The notes beneath the pieces are model-generated. The model searched no databases. It saw nothing but the letters and a program-made list of their open reading frames with translations, and was not told where the DNA came from. DNA of 64,000 nt from Eledone cirrhosa (taxonomy: Eukaryota), in NCBI GenBank assembly GCA_964016885.1, contig OZ024740.1, positions 428,730,001 through 428,794,000 of the forward strand, written 5' to 3'. This document shows positions 12,540 to 29,000 of this stretch, piece by piece; the stretch's first letter is position 1; every line of letters starts with the position of its first letter. A program made the translations under genes and the position numbers.

Positions 12540-13370
12540 CAACGGTTCAAGTGGAAAACATGTCTTTAAACCGAATCACGTGATCTTCACCCGGTATGAG
12601 GACGATATGTTTTGTGACTGGAACTAATGATCCAGCCAATCATATTACATAGGATCTTCAAAATAATTCTATCTTGACATTTACAATCTGTCACAACACC
12701 AATACAACCTCAGTCCAGAATATTTCTCCAGTCTTAGACATAAACGTAGGAATTACATATAACATAACATTTGTTTACAGTCAACATAAGAGAAAGACTT
12801 ATACATGTAAGCAAATAGTGGGTGTCCCTACACATATATAACACAAGTAGTAATAATTCTCATTAAAAAAGCTTTTAAATTCTCATTTACTAAGTAGTAT
12901 TTTAATAAGGAATTTTGTTTTGCAAGGTTTTTGAAAGAACACTGGGAAACTATATTTATATTTATATCTATATGTTTAACAGTTGGTCAATCAATGATAA
13001 ACATTAATTTCCAGCTGAATTAATTATAAAAATATTATTTTAAATATACTAAAACGAAAACCAACCCAAACAGGGAGTTTTACTATATTTTTCTGGCAAT
13101 ATTATAACATGACCAGCACCAAATATAAAAATATTGAAATCTTACCTGTAAAACAGACCTCTTTTAACAACAGATATCTCGACATATTAGCACACCATGG
13201 CATAGAACTATACCAGAACAACATTGATACAATAGAAAGAGCAACAAGAATAAATACACAATTCACACATTTACTGCACTACAAGAACTAAATGGACTCT
13301 GGTTATGAAATGGAAGAGCATATCATTAGCAACCCTCGCAAAACAGACTATGATTCGATCTTAAACATGA
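12540..13370 (+). pseudogene. Highly decayed PLE-like RT fragment
   Basis: HVIFTRYEDDMF resembles the RYxDD motif and LDINV resembles FLD; many stops. Confidence 0.4.
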
Positions 13371-13372
13371 AA

Positions 13373-13565
13373 TCATAACTACAATCATAGCTACAATCAT
13401 AGCAACAATTATAACTACAACCATAACTACAACCATAGCAACAACCATAGCTCAACCATAGGAACAACCATAGTTACAACCATAACTACAACCATAGCTA
13501 CAACCATAGGAACAACTATAACTACAACCATAGCTACAACCATAGCTACAATCATAGCAACAATA
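13373..13565. repeat. 12-bp minisatellite ACAACCATAGCT
   Basis: Direct reading. Confidence 0.92.
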
Positions 13566-13827
13566 TGTTACCAAAATACAAAAATGGAAGAACATATCAT
13601 TACATAAAACAAAACCCATGCATCGAAACTAAACATAAACTCATAGCTGATGCCCCAGCATGGCCTCAGCCTATCGACTGGAACATGTAATAGAGTAATA
13701 GAGTAATACCAAAATTAAAAACGTGACATTTTGCGAGCACCTACGTGGACTTTGAGCTCGTAGAAACAACAAGAAAGTCTTCCTCAAATTATATATCACC
13801 GTCTTATTAAAAGATCAGAGACATTAG

Positions 13828-14380
13828 ATATATTTCTTTATTTGCCACAAGGGCACACAAGAAAATGGGAAATACAAAGACATATGCCGGGGATTTTACA
13901 TACAATCGTGTAAAAAATGTTAACATACAAATTTAACAATCGAAATCCCCAATAAGGGTGAGGCGTTACAAATGGATTGTTTTATACCCCGTAGATAGAA
14001 CAACACTCAACTCCAGGAGCGTGTTGTGCAAGTGCTCCTTTCTTCCTTTTGCTCTCTTCTTCAACCTACAGGTTTATATACAGAGAAGGCTCTATCACTC
14101 GGGCCATTTTTGCCACATTCACCCACCTTTCAGTAAATTTACTGGGGTGCAGTACCTCTCTCTCCACTCTGATTCTCCTTCTAAAGTGGTACCTAAACAA
14201 GGGAATGAGTTGTTGTCCGGAGAGAAAGGCATCTGTTATCAGTCCTCTCAACCTTGTCCACCATACAACATCTTTTACCATAGCCACTATACAGAGGAAA
14301 ACCGCCTCTCTTTCGTTTTTAAAAGAAGTTGGTGGTTTGATCCTTACTATGGACTCGGCAGTCAATGTATTAGTTATCAC
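13828..14380 (-). mobile_element. 3' fragment of Tx1/L1-type LINE
   Basis: LTAESIVRIKPP...EAVFLCIVAMVKDVVWWTRL...FRYHFRRRIRVEREVL matches ORF 59806-60108, and the 3' UTR end is shared. Confidence 0.9.
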
Positions 14381-14569
14381 TAGAAATACCTTATAGAAAT
14401 GGTTAGAATGTCTTTTGTCATAACTTTCGTTGATTGTTGTACATTTGGGGATAAACGAAAACGAGCAAAGACACGTAACAAATGTTCTGGATATACAAAA
14501 TGGTGATAGTCCCGCTTGGAACGCCTTAGATTTATGTCTTCTCGTTTGATAAAGGTTTCTGATTTAAGA

Positions 14570-14766
14570 ACAATGCTAACAATTCGGAGCGGGAAGGGGG
14601 GAGGGAATTCTATCAAAGAGACCCCAGTGCGTTACTGGTACTATATTTTAGCAACTTCGTAAGGATGAGAGGCAAAGCTTACTTCGGCGTGATTTGAACG
14701 CAGGGCGTCAACGGCCGTAACTCTATGCTACTGCCCGACGCCCTGCCAATATTCCCAACGCACCAC
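14570..14766 (-). mobile_element. SINE family A, diverged
   Basis: Degenerate head and body. Confidence 0.75.
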
Positions 14767-14801
14767 TCTTTGTTTTCTTGATTAATAATGATATGGAGTC
14801 T

Positions 14802-14861
14802 GAACAACAACTACAACAACAACGACGACGACGGCATTAACAACAACAACGACACCAACAA

Positions 14862-14918
<57 letters not shown>

Positions 14919-14965
14919 TATCAACAACAACAACAACACCGACACCAACAACAACAACAACGACG

Positions 14966-15022
<57 letters not shown>

Positions 15023-15059
15023 CCGATACCAATGACAACAACGACACCAATGACACCAC

Positions 15060-15102
<43 letters not shown>

Positions 15103-15137
15103 GACACCAACAACAATAACAACATCAACAACAACAA
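14802..15137. repeat. (AAC)n microsatellite
   Basis: Direct reading. Confidence 0.96.
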
Positions 15138-15696
15138 AAATAAGGTGTCGTTACTCATCAAATGTTTCTATTTACAACGAGAAAGAGATTTGTATGATTG
15201 CTGTAACAAAATTGATTACCCACAGCCCTCCGATATAAAACACGTGGGTTTTTTAGGTGTCTGGTTACTATTTAGCTCAAATTCAGCTCTGATCAAACAG
15301 ATCAATTATCATAGATAGTCTAGCTCTGGTCATATCGCCTCTTCTTTAGGACTACCTAATCAAATCTGCTTTTTGAGATGGTAGTGTGTGATATGAGGAT
15401 GATTGGTTTACTATTTCTAACCAGTCGAAGGTCCATGGAAAGGCTTTCTCGTTGGTTGACATATTCGTGTTACATCTGAATGATTACCATGAAATCTTGT
15501 CGAATATTTGACGAATTTAATTCATACAAATTTCTTATTAAAAACTTTCTCTAATACAGAATTATAGACGTGTTATTTGTTCCCGAAACAATACTCTACG
15601 TAACTCAAATCATTAAATTTATCTTAAATCTGGCTGTTATTTTTAGCATGTCAAGTGACCATATAGAGGGTCACTCATTGGTTTATCCAGCTATAG

Positions 15697-16570
15697 GTTA
15701 CGTAAATGTCACAGAAGATCAATAATGTTTTACCAATGTCAGCATTAGCCATGTCAGAAAATAAGAGAGCAATTTTAGCAGCGTACACGAGAATAAAATC
15801 TTTATTCATTCCACCAATGCTTTCACCAAACACAAGGGCCAATCTTATCAGTATCGTATGTATATTTACTGTGAAGACATTCGGTTGATCATATTGGAGT
15901 TTCGTCCCCTCTTTATTATTTTATTTGACAAAAACCCATTGGGAGAGTTTTCATCTACTAATTACATGGATAATCTCATGGATAATCTCATTTCATGACG
16001 TTTGTGAGTCTCTACAGTATGTGTATTTAGTATAAAGAATGCTATCCTATGGTGTTTTCACCTTAGCCATATTGTTGGAAAAAGCCATGTTTGAAAAAAG
16101 CGATGGAACAGCTACAAACACGATGGAATGTCTTCAATTAAGTCTGAGTTACGAATGTACAACATCGAAGATAACAACTGCTGCTACTCTTACAAAAGCA
16201 ATGACATCAACATCAGTGTTCTCGCGTTTTTTAATAAATTATCTGTTAGTCACGGGAATATGTTTGGTTGGTGTAGATTATTACGCTATAGGGTTGTATT
16301 GCTGCAGATAATAAATGTTATTTATTTTTATAAAGAAACTGACAGCTGCAGCTGGAAAAAGTCTGTCTCCCCCATACTGGTATTTACAGCGAGTGTTCAT
16401 TGTTGATTTTGTTTTCGGAGTGTATTATTTATATATAGGGACATTCACTAATTACGATGTGTTTGTTCTAGGTGTATCTATGTTCAGATTTGGGGGGTTT
16501 GGACCTATTTCCCTATTTACTTACAAACAGCGAGCCAATGGTCTTCTACCTGGTCATTTCACCTGGTAGA
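15697..16570 (+). pseudogene. Possible decayed secretin/adhesion/Methuselah-like 7TM receptor exon
   Basis: Unique sequence after an AG. Hydrophobic segments in shifting frames: IRLIILEFRPLFIILF, LLVTGICLVGVDYYAIG, VVLLQIINVIYF, GTFTNYDVFVLG...ISLFTYKQR. Many stops. Confidence 0.3.
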
Positions 16571-16954
16571 AAACAAATCAAATCTCCCTGTAAAACCATG
16601 ACTAGGTTACATTGGCTAACGTAGTCTGACATACGTAATGTCTGAAAATGGTCGTGATGGTCATGGTTGGAGCACGTTTGGTCACATGTCTGTTGGAACA
16701 GTGTCGTGAGAGTACGAAGAAGAAGAAGAAGAAGAAGAAGAAGAAGAAGAAGAAGAACAACAACAACAACAACTACCATGAAGTAGCAAATTTCCTTGAA
16801 ATAGCAGCTAAATCTCCCTCAAAACACACACTCCTGTGTCCCAAAATATAGCACATTTAATAATGTAGTCCATGGTAGACAATGCCTAAACAAAAAGACG
16901 GGATGAACGTTGCTGAAAAGTATTTTCAGGTCTGACCTTTGGTTAAATAACCAC

Positions 16955-17700
<746 letters not shown>

Positions 17701-18738
17701 GTAAATTTGACAGCAAGTGCCATGATTGATTGGTAAAAGCTATTTTTATATTGGCGAGATAGTATAAGGAAGCTGGTGTTTGGTCAGTGGAACAGATCAG
17801 CTTTAACAGAAAGTTCTTTATAATTGAACTGCACAAATCAATAGTACTTTTAGCAGGGTTTTTTTTTCCTTTCCTTTCCTTCGATTTGAAATCATTATTG
17901 CGGCAGTAGGCTGTTAAGAGAGAACACAGGTGGTAAAGAGTTGCATAAGATGGTTGTTTTGTTTTGTTATTTTTTTGTGTGTGATTTTTTATTTTATTTT
18001 TTAAATTTGTTTTTTAATTATATTTGTTAACACTTAACGCTTTACGATATTTAAATTTTCGATGATTCAAATTATTGTTATGCGTTCAAATCCATCAATG
18101 TTCGACATAGTATAATTATGGGATTTGTACAGTAAATTTGTGAGGTAAGTGTAAATTAATTATTGAATATTGTCAGATATTAGTTTTCCTTGTTATTTTA
18201 CTGTTTAGTCACAGATATAAGTCATGCCCATAGCCTTTTCTCCCGAAAGAGAAGTAAGTGTCTTTAAACCGGAGACGCCTAGACTAAATGCTTGCAATAG
18301 AGTGAATCCCATTAAAAGCCACCATGAGGTACGTGATGATGTTAATCCCGCAGTGAAATATGGACTCATTATGCAAAGAACAGGAATAAATGTTTATTAC
18401 AACGCAACTCGTCCGGTACTTTAACATCTCCGGTACTTTAACATCTCTACCAATCATCCAGCCTTGGTACTTTAGTTTATCCACATCGAAAGGGTGAAAA
18501 GTCGACTTCAGAGAACAGAAAGCCGAAAAAAGATACCCCACAAAACATTTTGTCCCACGAGGTTAAATTTTCGGTATATACACAGTGGGGCATAAACATC
18601 TCCCACATATTTCCCCACTCAAAATATGGGAGATCTTTATGCCTTGCCTCGTATAAAAACTTTCTGAGAACATAATCTAAAAGTTTTCTTATCGTTGTAT
18701 GAGCTCTGTAGGATATATATTTTATAAAGAAGTTTTAC

Positions 18739-19090
18739 TATAACGTAGTTGTTAGACCGGATCAATGTGACAGATATAACGTAGTTGTTAGATGGGATCA
18801 ATGTGACAAATATAACGTAGTTGTTAGATGGGATCAATGTGACAGATATAACGTAGTTGTTAGATGGGGTCAATGTGACAAATATAACGTAGTTGTTAGA
18901 TGGGATCAATGTGACAAATATAACGTAGTTGTTAGATGGGATCAATGTGACAAATATAACGTAGTTGTTAGAAGGTATCAATGTTGTCAAATATAACGTA
19001 GTTGTTAGATGGGATCAATGTGACAAATATAACGTAGTTGTTAGATGTGACAAATATAACGTAATTGTTAGACCGGATCAATGTGACAAA
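18739..19090. repeat. 36-bp minisatellite (~9.5 copies)
   Basis: Unit ATATAACGTAGTTGTTAGATGGGATCAATGTGACAA, head-to-tail with no spacers. Confidence 0.95.
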
Positions 19091-19570
19091 AACATAAATT
19101 ACAGGTAAAATACGAAAACAAAAGGTGAGAGACAGAGAAAAATCAAACCTCCTACTTGATTTGTATTTTATTTATCGACCAACAAAGTTGACATCTGCGG
19201 GACTTTCACTTAGAGTGGAGAGGACTAGAACGAATAACACAAGCCATTCTATCCGACGCTCTGCAGATGACGTTGACTTACTGCCTTAAAAGGGAGGGAA
19301 GGAAGGAAGGAAGAAATAAAAGAAGGAAAGAAGGAAAGAAAGAAAGAAAGGAAGGAAGAAAGAAAGGTTGGGGAACGAAGTAGAGAGAAAGAAAGATGAA
19401 ATGAAAAATAGTGAGGATATAAAAAAAAATCACGTTAAAGAAAGGACGAGAATAAGCCGGAAGAATAATATGGGGGAAAATTGAGTAGGAGAATTTAGTA
19501 TGTTGTTATTGCTGCTGTTGTTGATGTTAGATTCGGGTTAACCTTGATTGAGCACCAGAAGACTATCTTA

Positions 19571-19900
19571 TGGCGGCGAATTGGCAGAGTCGTTAGAACG
19601 TCAGAATGTTTTGTGGTATCTGTTTTTGCCCTCTGCTCTCTGCTCTCTCAGTTCAAATTCCGCCGAGGTCAACTTTGCCTTTCATACATTCCAAGTCGAT
19701 AAAAAAAAGTACCAGTCTAGTACAGGGGTAAATTCTTCCTCTATATATCTCATTCTCACTTCCTCTCTCTCACTTTCTATCCTTCTCTGGAAGAAATCTG
19801 CTGTACTCAGACATGGAGAGGGATGGGCTCCACTAGGCCTAGAAACAATGCCACAGAAATGCCGTATACGGTGTCCCTAAGACTCTAAAGCAGTTAAGGG
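19571..19900 (+). mobile_element. SINE family A variant with long alternative tail
   Basis: A-box TGGCAGAGTCG, B-box GTTCAAATTCC and conserved body. The tail is shared with 41197-41530. Confidence 0.85.
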
Positions 19901-20087
19901 TCTATAACATCAACTCACAATATTCATGGCACACATAACATTCACTGAAATAACACATCGATTACATAGACTAATTACAAATTATATATGAAACTAATCA
20001 CTGATTGGTGATGCTAGGCTTTAAACGCCCAAGAAATGCCGTATGTCACTCTGGCACACATACGACACCACAAAGAGTTATGGGACC

Positions 20088-23000
20088 ACACCATACCATA
20101 CCATACCATACCATACCATACCATACCATACCATACCATACCATACCATACCACACCATACCATACCACGCCACACCATGCCATACCATACCACACCACA
20201 CCATATTATATCACACCATACCATACCACACCATACCATACCATAACACACCATATCATACCATACCATAATACACCACACAATACCACACCACACCACA
20301 CCACACCATACCATACCTTACCATACCATAAAACACCATACCATACCATACCACACCACACCATACCATACCACACCATACCACACAACACCATGCCATA
20401 CCACACCATACCATACCATGCCATACCATACCATACCACACCATACCATACCACACCACACCATACCACACCATACCATACCATACCATACCTCACCATA
20501 CCACACCACACCACACCATACCTTACCTCACCATACCACACAAACCATACCATACCATATCATACCATACCACGCCATACCATACCACACTATACCACAC
20601 CATACCACGCCACACCATACCATACCACACCATACCATACCATACAATACCACACCACACCATACCATACTACACCACAGCATACCATACCACGCCACAC
20701 CATACCATACCACACCAGACCACACCATACCACACCATAGCACACCATACCGTACCATACCACACCATACCATACCAGACCACACCATACCACACCATAG
20801 CACACCATACAGTACCATACCACACCATACCATACCATACCACACCATAACATACCATACCATACAACACCATACCATAGCACACCATACCATACCACAC
20901 CACACCATACCATACCTCACCACACCACACAAAACCATACCACACCATAACATACCATACCATACCACACCACACCATACCACACTATACCACACCATAC
21001 CATACCATACCATACCACACCACACCATTCCACACGATACCACACCATACCATACCATACAATACCACAACACACCATACCACAACATACCATACCATAC
21101 CACATCATACCATACCACACCATACCATACCACACCATACCATACCATACCACACCATACCATACCACACCATACCACATACAACATCATACCATACAAC
21201 ACCTACCATACCATACCATGCCATACCACACCATACCATACCACACCACACCATACCATAGCACACCATACCATACCACACAATACCACACCGCACTACA
21301 CCATACCACACCATACCATACCATACCATACCATACCATACCATACCTAACCATACCACAGCACACTGTACCACACCACACCATACCACACCACAGCATA
21401 CCATACCTCACCATACAACACCATACCATACCATACCTTACCACACCACACCAGACCACACTATACCACACCATACGACACCGCACCATACCACACCATA
21501 CCATACCATACCACACCATACAATACCACACCACACCATACCACACCACACCATACCATACCACACCATACCACACCATACCACACCATACCACACCATA
21601 ACATGCCACACCATACCATACCATACCACACCATACCATACCACATCACACTATACCGTACCACACCATACCACATCGTACCACACCTTACCACACCATA
21701 CCACACCATACCATACCACACCACACCATACCATACCACACCATACCACACTATACCACACCACACCATACCAGACTATACCACGCCATACCATACCATA
21801 CCACACCGTACCATACCACACCATACCATAACACACCATACCATACCATACCACACAAGACCATACCATACCACACTATACCATACCACACCATAGCATA
21901 ACACACCATACCATACCATACCATACCACACCATAGCATAACACACCATACCATACCATACCATACCATACCACACCATGCCATACCATACCATACCACA
22001 CCACACCATACCATACCATACCATACCAGACTAATTACAAATTATATATGAAACTAATCACTGATTGGTGATGCTAGGCTTTAAACGCCCAAGAAATGCC
22101 GTATGTCACTCTGGCACACATACGACACCACAAAGAGTTATGGGACCACACCATACCTTACCATACTATACCATACCACACCGTACCATACCATACCATA
22201 CCATGCATACCATACCATACCATACCATGCCATACCATACCACACCATATTATATCACACCATACCATGCCACACCATACCATTCCATACCACACCATAT
22301 CACACCATATCATAATACACCACACCATACAATACCACACCATACCACACCACACCATACCATACCATACCACACCATACCATACCATACTATACCACAT
22401 ACAACACCATACCATACCGCACCATACCATACCATGCCATACCATGCCATACCACACCATACGATACGACACCACACCATACCACACCATACACTACCAC
22501 ACAATACCACACCACACTACACCATACCACACCATACCACACAATACCACACCGCACTACACCATACCACACCACACCATACCATACCACACCATACCAC
22601 ACCATACCATACCATACCACACCATACCACACTATACCACACCATACGACACCACACCATACGACACCACACCATACCACACCATACCATACCACACCAC
22701 ACCAAACCATACCACACCACACCATACCATACCACACCACACCATACCGTACCACCCCATACCACACCATACCACACCATACCACACCATACCATACCAT
22801 ACGACACCACACCATACCATACCACACCATACCACACCATACCACACCATACCACACCATACCATACCATACCTTACCACACCATACCACACCACACCAT
22901 ACCATACCACACTATATCACACCATACCACACCACACCATACCATACCACACCATACCATACCACACCATACCATACCTCACCATACCACACAACACCAC

Positions 23001-26000
23001 ACCACACCATACCATACCATACCATGCCATACCATACCATACCATAACATACCATACCACACCATACCACACCATACCACACCATACCACACCACACCAT
23101 ACCATACCACACTATACCACACCATACCACACCACACCATACCACACCACACCACACCATACCATACCATACCATACCCTACCATAACATACCACACCAC
23201 ACCATACCATACCACACCATACCACACCATACCACACCATATCACACCATACCATACCATACCTTACCACACCATACCACACCACACCATACCATACCAC
23301 ACTATACCACACCACACCATACCATACCACACCATACCATACCACACCATACCATACCTCACCATACCACACAACACCACACCATACCATACCATACCAT
23401 ACCATACCATGCCATACCATACCATACCATAACATACCATACCACACCATACCACACCATACCACACCATACCACACCACACCATACCATACCACACTAT
23501 ACCACACCATACCACACCACACCATACCACACCACACCACACCATACCATACCATACCATACCCTACCATAACATAACATACCGCACCATACCACACCAC
23601 ACCATACCATACCACACTATACCACACCATACCAAACCATACCACACCACACCATACCATACCACACCATACCACACCACACCATACCACACCACACCAT
23701 ACCACACCACACCATACCATACCATACCACACCACAACATACCATACCACACCATACCACACCACACCATACCACACCATACCACACCACACCATACCAC
23801 ACCACACCATAACACACCATCCCACACCACACCATACCATACAACACCATACCATGCCACGCCATACCACAACACACCATACCATACCACACCACACCAT
23901 ACCACACCACACCATATAATACCATACCACACCATACCACACCACACCATACCACACCACACCATACCACACCACACCATAGCATACCACACCATAACAC
24001 ACTATACCACACCAAACCACACCACACCATACCACAACACACCATACCACACCACACCACACCATACCATACCACACCATACCACACTATACAACACCAT
24101 ACCACACCACACCACACCATACCACACCACACCATACCATACCACACCATACCACACCATACCACACCCTACCACACCATACCACACCACACCATACCAG
24201 ACTACACCATACCATACCACACTATACCATACCACACCACACCATACCATACCTTACCATACTATACCATACCACACCGTACCATACCATACCATACCAT
24301 ACCATACCATACCATACCATACCATACCACACCATATTATATCACACCATACCATACCACACCATACCATTCCATACCACATCATATCACACCATACCAT
24401 AATACACCACAACATACAATACCACACCATACCACACCACACCATACCATACCATACCACACCATACCATACCATACTATACCACATACAACACCATACC
24501 ATACCGCACCATACCATACCATGCCATACCATGCCATACCACACCATACCATACCACACCACACTATACCATACGACACCATACACTACCACACAATACC
24601 ACACCACACTACACCATACCACACCATACCACACAATACCACACCGCACTACACCATACCACACAATACCATACCATACCTCACCATACCACACCACACA
24701 ATACCATACCACACCATACCACACCATACCATACCATACCACACATTAACATACCACACTATACCACACCATACGACACCACACCATACCACACCATACC
24801 ATACCACACCATACCATACCATACCACACCACACCATACCATACCACACCACACCATACCATACCACACCACACCATTCCATACCACAGCATACCACACC
24901 ATACCACATTATACCACACCATACCATACCATACCACACCTCACCATACCACACCATACCACACCATACCATACCACACCACACCATACCGTACCACCCC
25001 ATACCACACCATACCACACCATACCACACCACACCATACCATACCACCCCATACCACACCATACCACACCATACCACACCATACCATACCATACCTTACT
25101 ACACCATACCACACCACACCATACCATACCACACTATACCACACCATACCACACCATACCATACCACACCATACCATACCACACCATACCATACCTCACC
25201 ATACCACATAACACCACACTATACCACACCATACCACACCACACCATACCACACCACACCACACCATACCATACCATACCATACCCTACTATAACATACC
25301 ATACCACACCATACCACACCATACCACACCACACCATACCATACCACACTATAGCACACCATAACAAACCATACCACACCACACCATACCATACCACACC
25401 ATACCACACCACAACATACCACACCACACCATACCATACCATACCACACCACAACATACCATACCACACCATACCACACCACACCATACCATATCACACC
25501 ATACCACACCACACCATACCACACCATACCACACCACACCATACCACACCACACCATACCACACCATACCACACCATACCACACCACACCATACCATGCC
25601 ACACCATACCACAACACAGCATACCATACCACACCACACCATACCACACCACACCACACCATATAATACCATACCACACCATACCACACCACACCATACC
25701 ATACCACACCAGACCACACCATACCACACCATAGCACACCATACCGTACCATACCACACCATACCATACCAGACCACACCATACCACACCATAGCACACC
25801 ATACCGTACCATACCACACCATACCATACCATACCACACCATAACATACCATACCATACAACACCATACCATAGCACACCATACCATACCATAGCACACC
25901 ATACCATACCACACCACACCATACCATACCTCACCACACCACACAAAACCATACCACACCATAACATACCATACCATACCACACCACACTATACCACACT

Positions 26001-29000
26001 ATACCACACCATACCATACCATACCATACCACACCACACCATTCCACACGATACCACACCATACCATACCATACAATACCACAACACACCATACCACAAC
26101 ATACCATACCATACCACATCATACCATACCACACCATACCATACCATACCACATCATACCATACCATACCACACCATACCATACCACACCATACCACATA
26201 CAACATCATACCATACCACACCTACCATACCATACCATGCCATACCACACCATACCATACCACACCACACCATACCATAGCACACCATACCATACCACAC
26301 AATACCACACCGCACTACACCATACCACACCATACCATACCATACCATACCATACCATACCTAACCATACCACACCACACTGTACCACACCACACCATAC
26401 CACACCACAGCATACCATACCTCACCATACAACACCATACCATACCATACCTTACCACACCATACCAGACCACACTATACCACACCATACGACACCGCAC
26501 CATACCACACCATACCACACCATACCATACCATACCACACCATACAATACCACACCACACCATACCACACCACACCATACCATACCACACCATACCACAC
26601 CATACCACACCATACCACACCATACCACACCATAACATGCCACACCATACCATACCATACCACACCATACCATACCACATCACACTATACCGTACCACAC
26701 CATACCACATCGTACCACACCTTACCACACCATACCACACCATACCATACCACACCACACCATACCATACCACACCATACCACACTATACCACACCACAC
26801 CATACCAGACTATACCACACCATACCATACCATACCATACCACACCGTACCATACCACACCATACCATAACACACCATACCATACCATACCATACCATAC
26901 CACACCATAGCATAACACACCATACCATACCATACCATACCATACCACACCATGCCATACCATACCATACCACACCACACCATACCATACCATACCATAC
27001 CAGACTAATTACAAATTATATATGAAACTAATCACTGATTGGTGATGCTAGGCTTTAAACGCCCAAGAAATGCCGTATGTCACTCTGGCACACATACGAC
27101 ACCACAAAGAGTTATGGGACCACACCATACCTTACCATACTATACCATACCACACCGTACCATACCATACCATACCATGCATACCATACCATACCATACC
27201 ATGCCATACCATACCACACCATATTATATCACACCATACCATGCCACACCATACCATTCCATACCACACCATATCACACCATATCATAATACACCACACC
27301 ATACAATACCACACCATACCACACCACACCATACCATACCATACCACACCATACCATACCATACTATACCACATACAACACCATACCATACCGCACCATA
27401 CCATACCATGCCATACCATGCCATACCACACCATACCATACGACACCACACCATACCACACCATACTCTACCACACAATACCACACCACACTACACCATA
27501 CCACACCATACCACACAATACCACACCGCACTACACCATACCACACCACACCATACCATACCACACCATACCATACCATACCACACCATACCACACTATA
27601 CCACACCATACGACACCACACCATACCACACCATACCATACCACACCACACCAAACCATACCACACCACACCATACCATACCACACCACACCATACCGTA
27701 CCACCCCATACCACACCATACCACACCATACCACACCATACCATACCATACCACACCACACCATACCATACCACACCATACCACACCATACCACACCATA
27801 CCACACCATACCATACCATACCTTACCACACCATACCACACCACACCATACCATACCACACTATACCACACGATACCACACCACACCATACCATACCACA
27901 CCATACCATACCACACCATACCATACCACACAACACCACACCACACCATACCATACCATACCATACCATGCCATACCATACCATACCATAACATACCATA
28001 CCACACCATACCACACCATACCACACCATACCACACCACACCATACCATACCACACTATACCACACCATACCACACCACACCATACCACACCACACCACA
28101 CCATACCATACCATACCCTACCATAACATACCACACCACACCATACCATACCACACCATACCACACCATACCACACCATACCACACCATACCACACCATA
28201 CCATACCATACCTTACCACACCATACCACACCACACCATACCATACCACACTATACCACACCATACCACACCACACCATACCATACCACACCATACCATA
28301 CCAAACCATATCATACCTCACCATACCACACAACACCACACCATACCATACCATACCATACCATACCATGCCATACCATACCATACCATAACATACCATA
28401 CCACACCATACCACACCATACCACACCATACCACACCACACCATACCATACCACACTATACCACACCATACCACACCACACCATACCAAACCACACCACA
28501 CCATACCATACCATACCATACCCTACCATAACATACCATACCGCACCATACCACACCACACCATACCATACCACACTATACCACACCATACCAAACCATA
28601 CCACACCACACCATACCATACCACACCATACCACACCACACCATACCACACCACACCATACCACACCACACCATACCATACCATACCACACCACAACATA
28701 CCATACCACACCATACCACACCACACCATACCACACCATACCACACCACACCATACCACACCACACCATAACACACCATACCACACCACACCATACCATA
28801 CAACACCATACCATGCCACGCTATACCACAACACACCATACCATACCACACCACACCATACCACACCACACCATATAATACCATACCACACCATACCACA
28901 CCACACCATACCACACCACACCATACCACACCACACCATAGCATACCACACCATAACACACTATACCACACCAAACCACACCACACCATACCACAACACA

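Noticed and set aside
14788-15318. Asn-rich 176-aa ORF
   Set aside because: (AAC)n microsatellite.
18739-19090. CRISPR-like 36-bp repeats
   Set aside because: Head-to-tail with no spacers, no cas genes, eukaryotic context.
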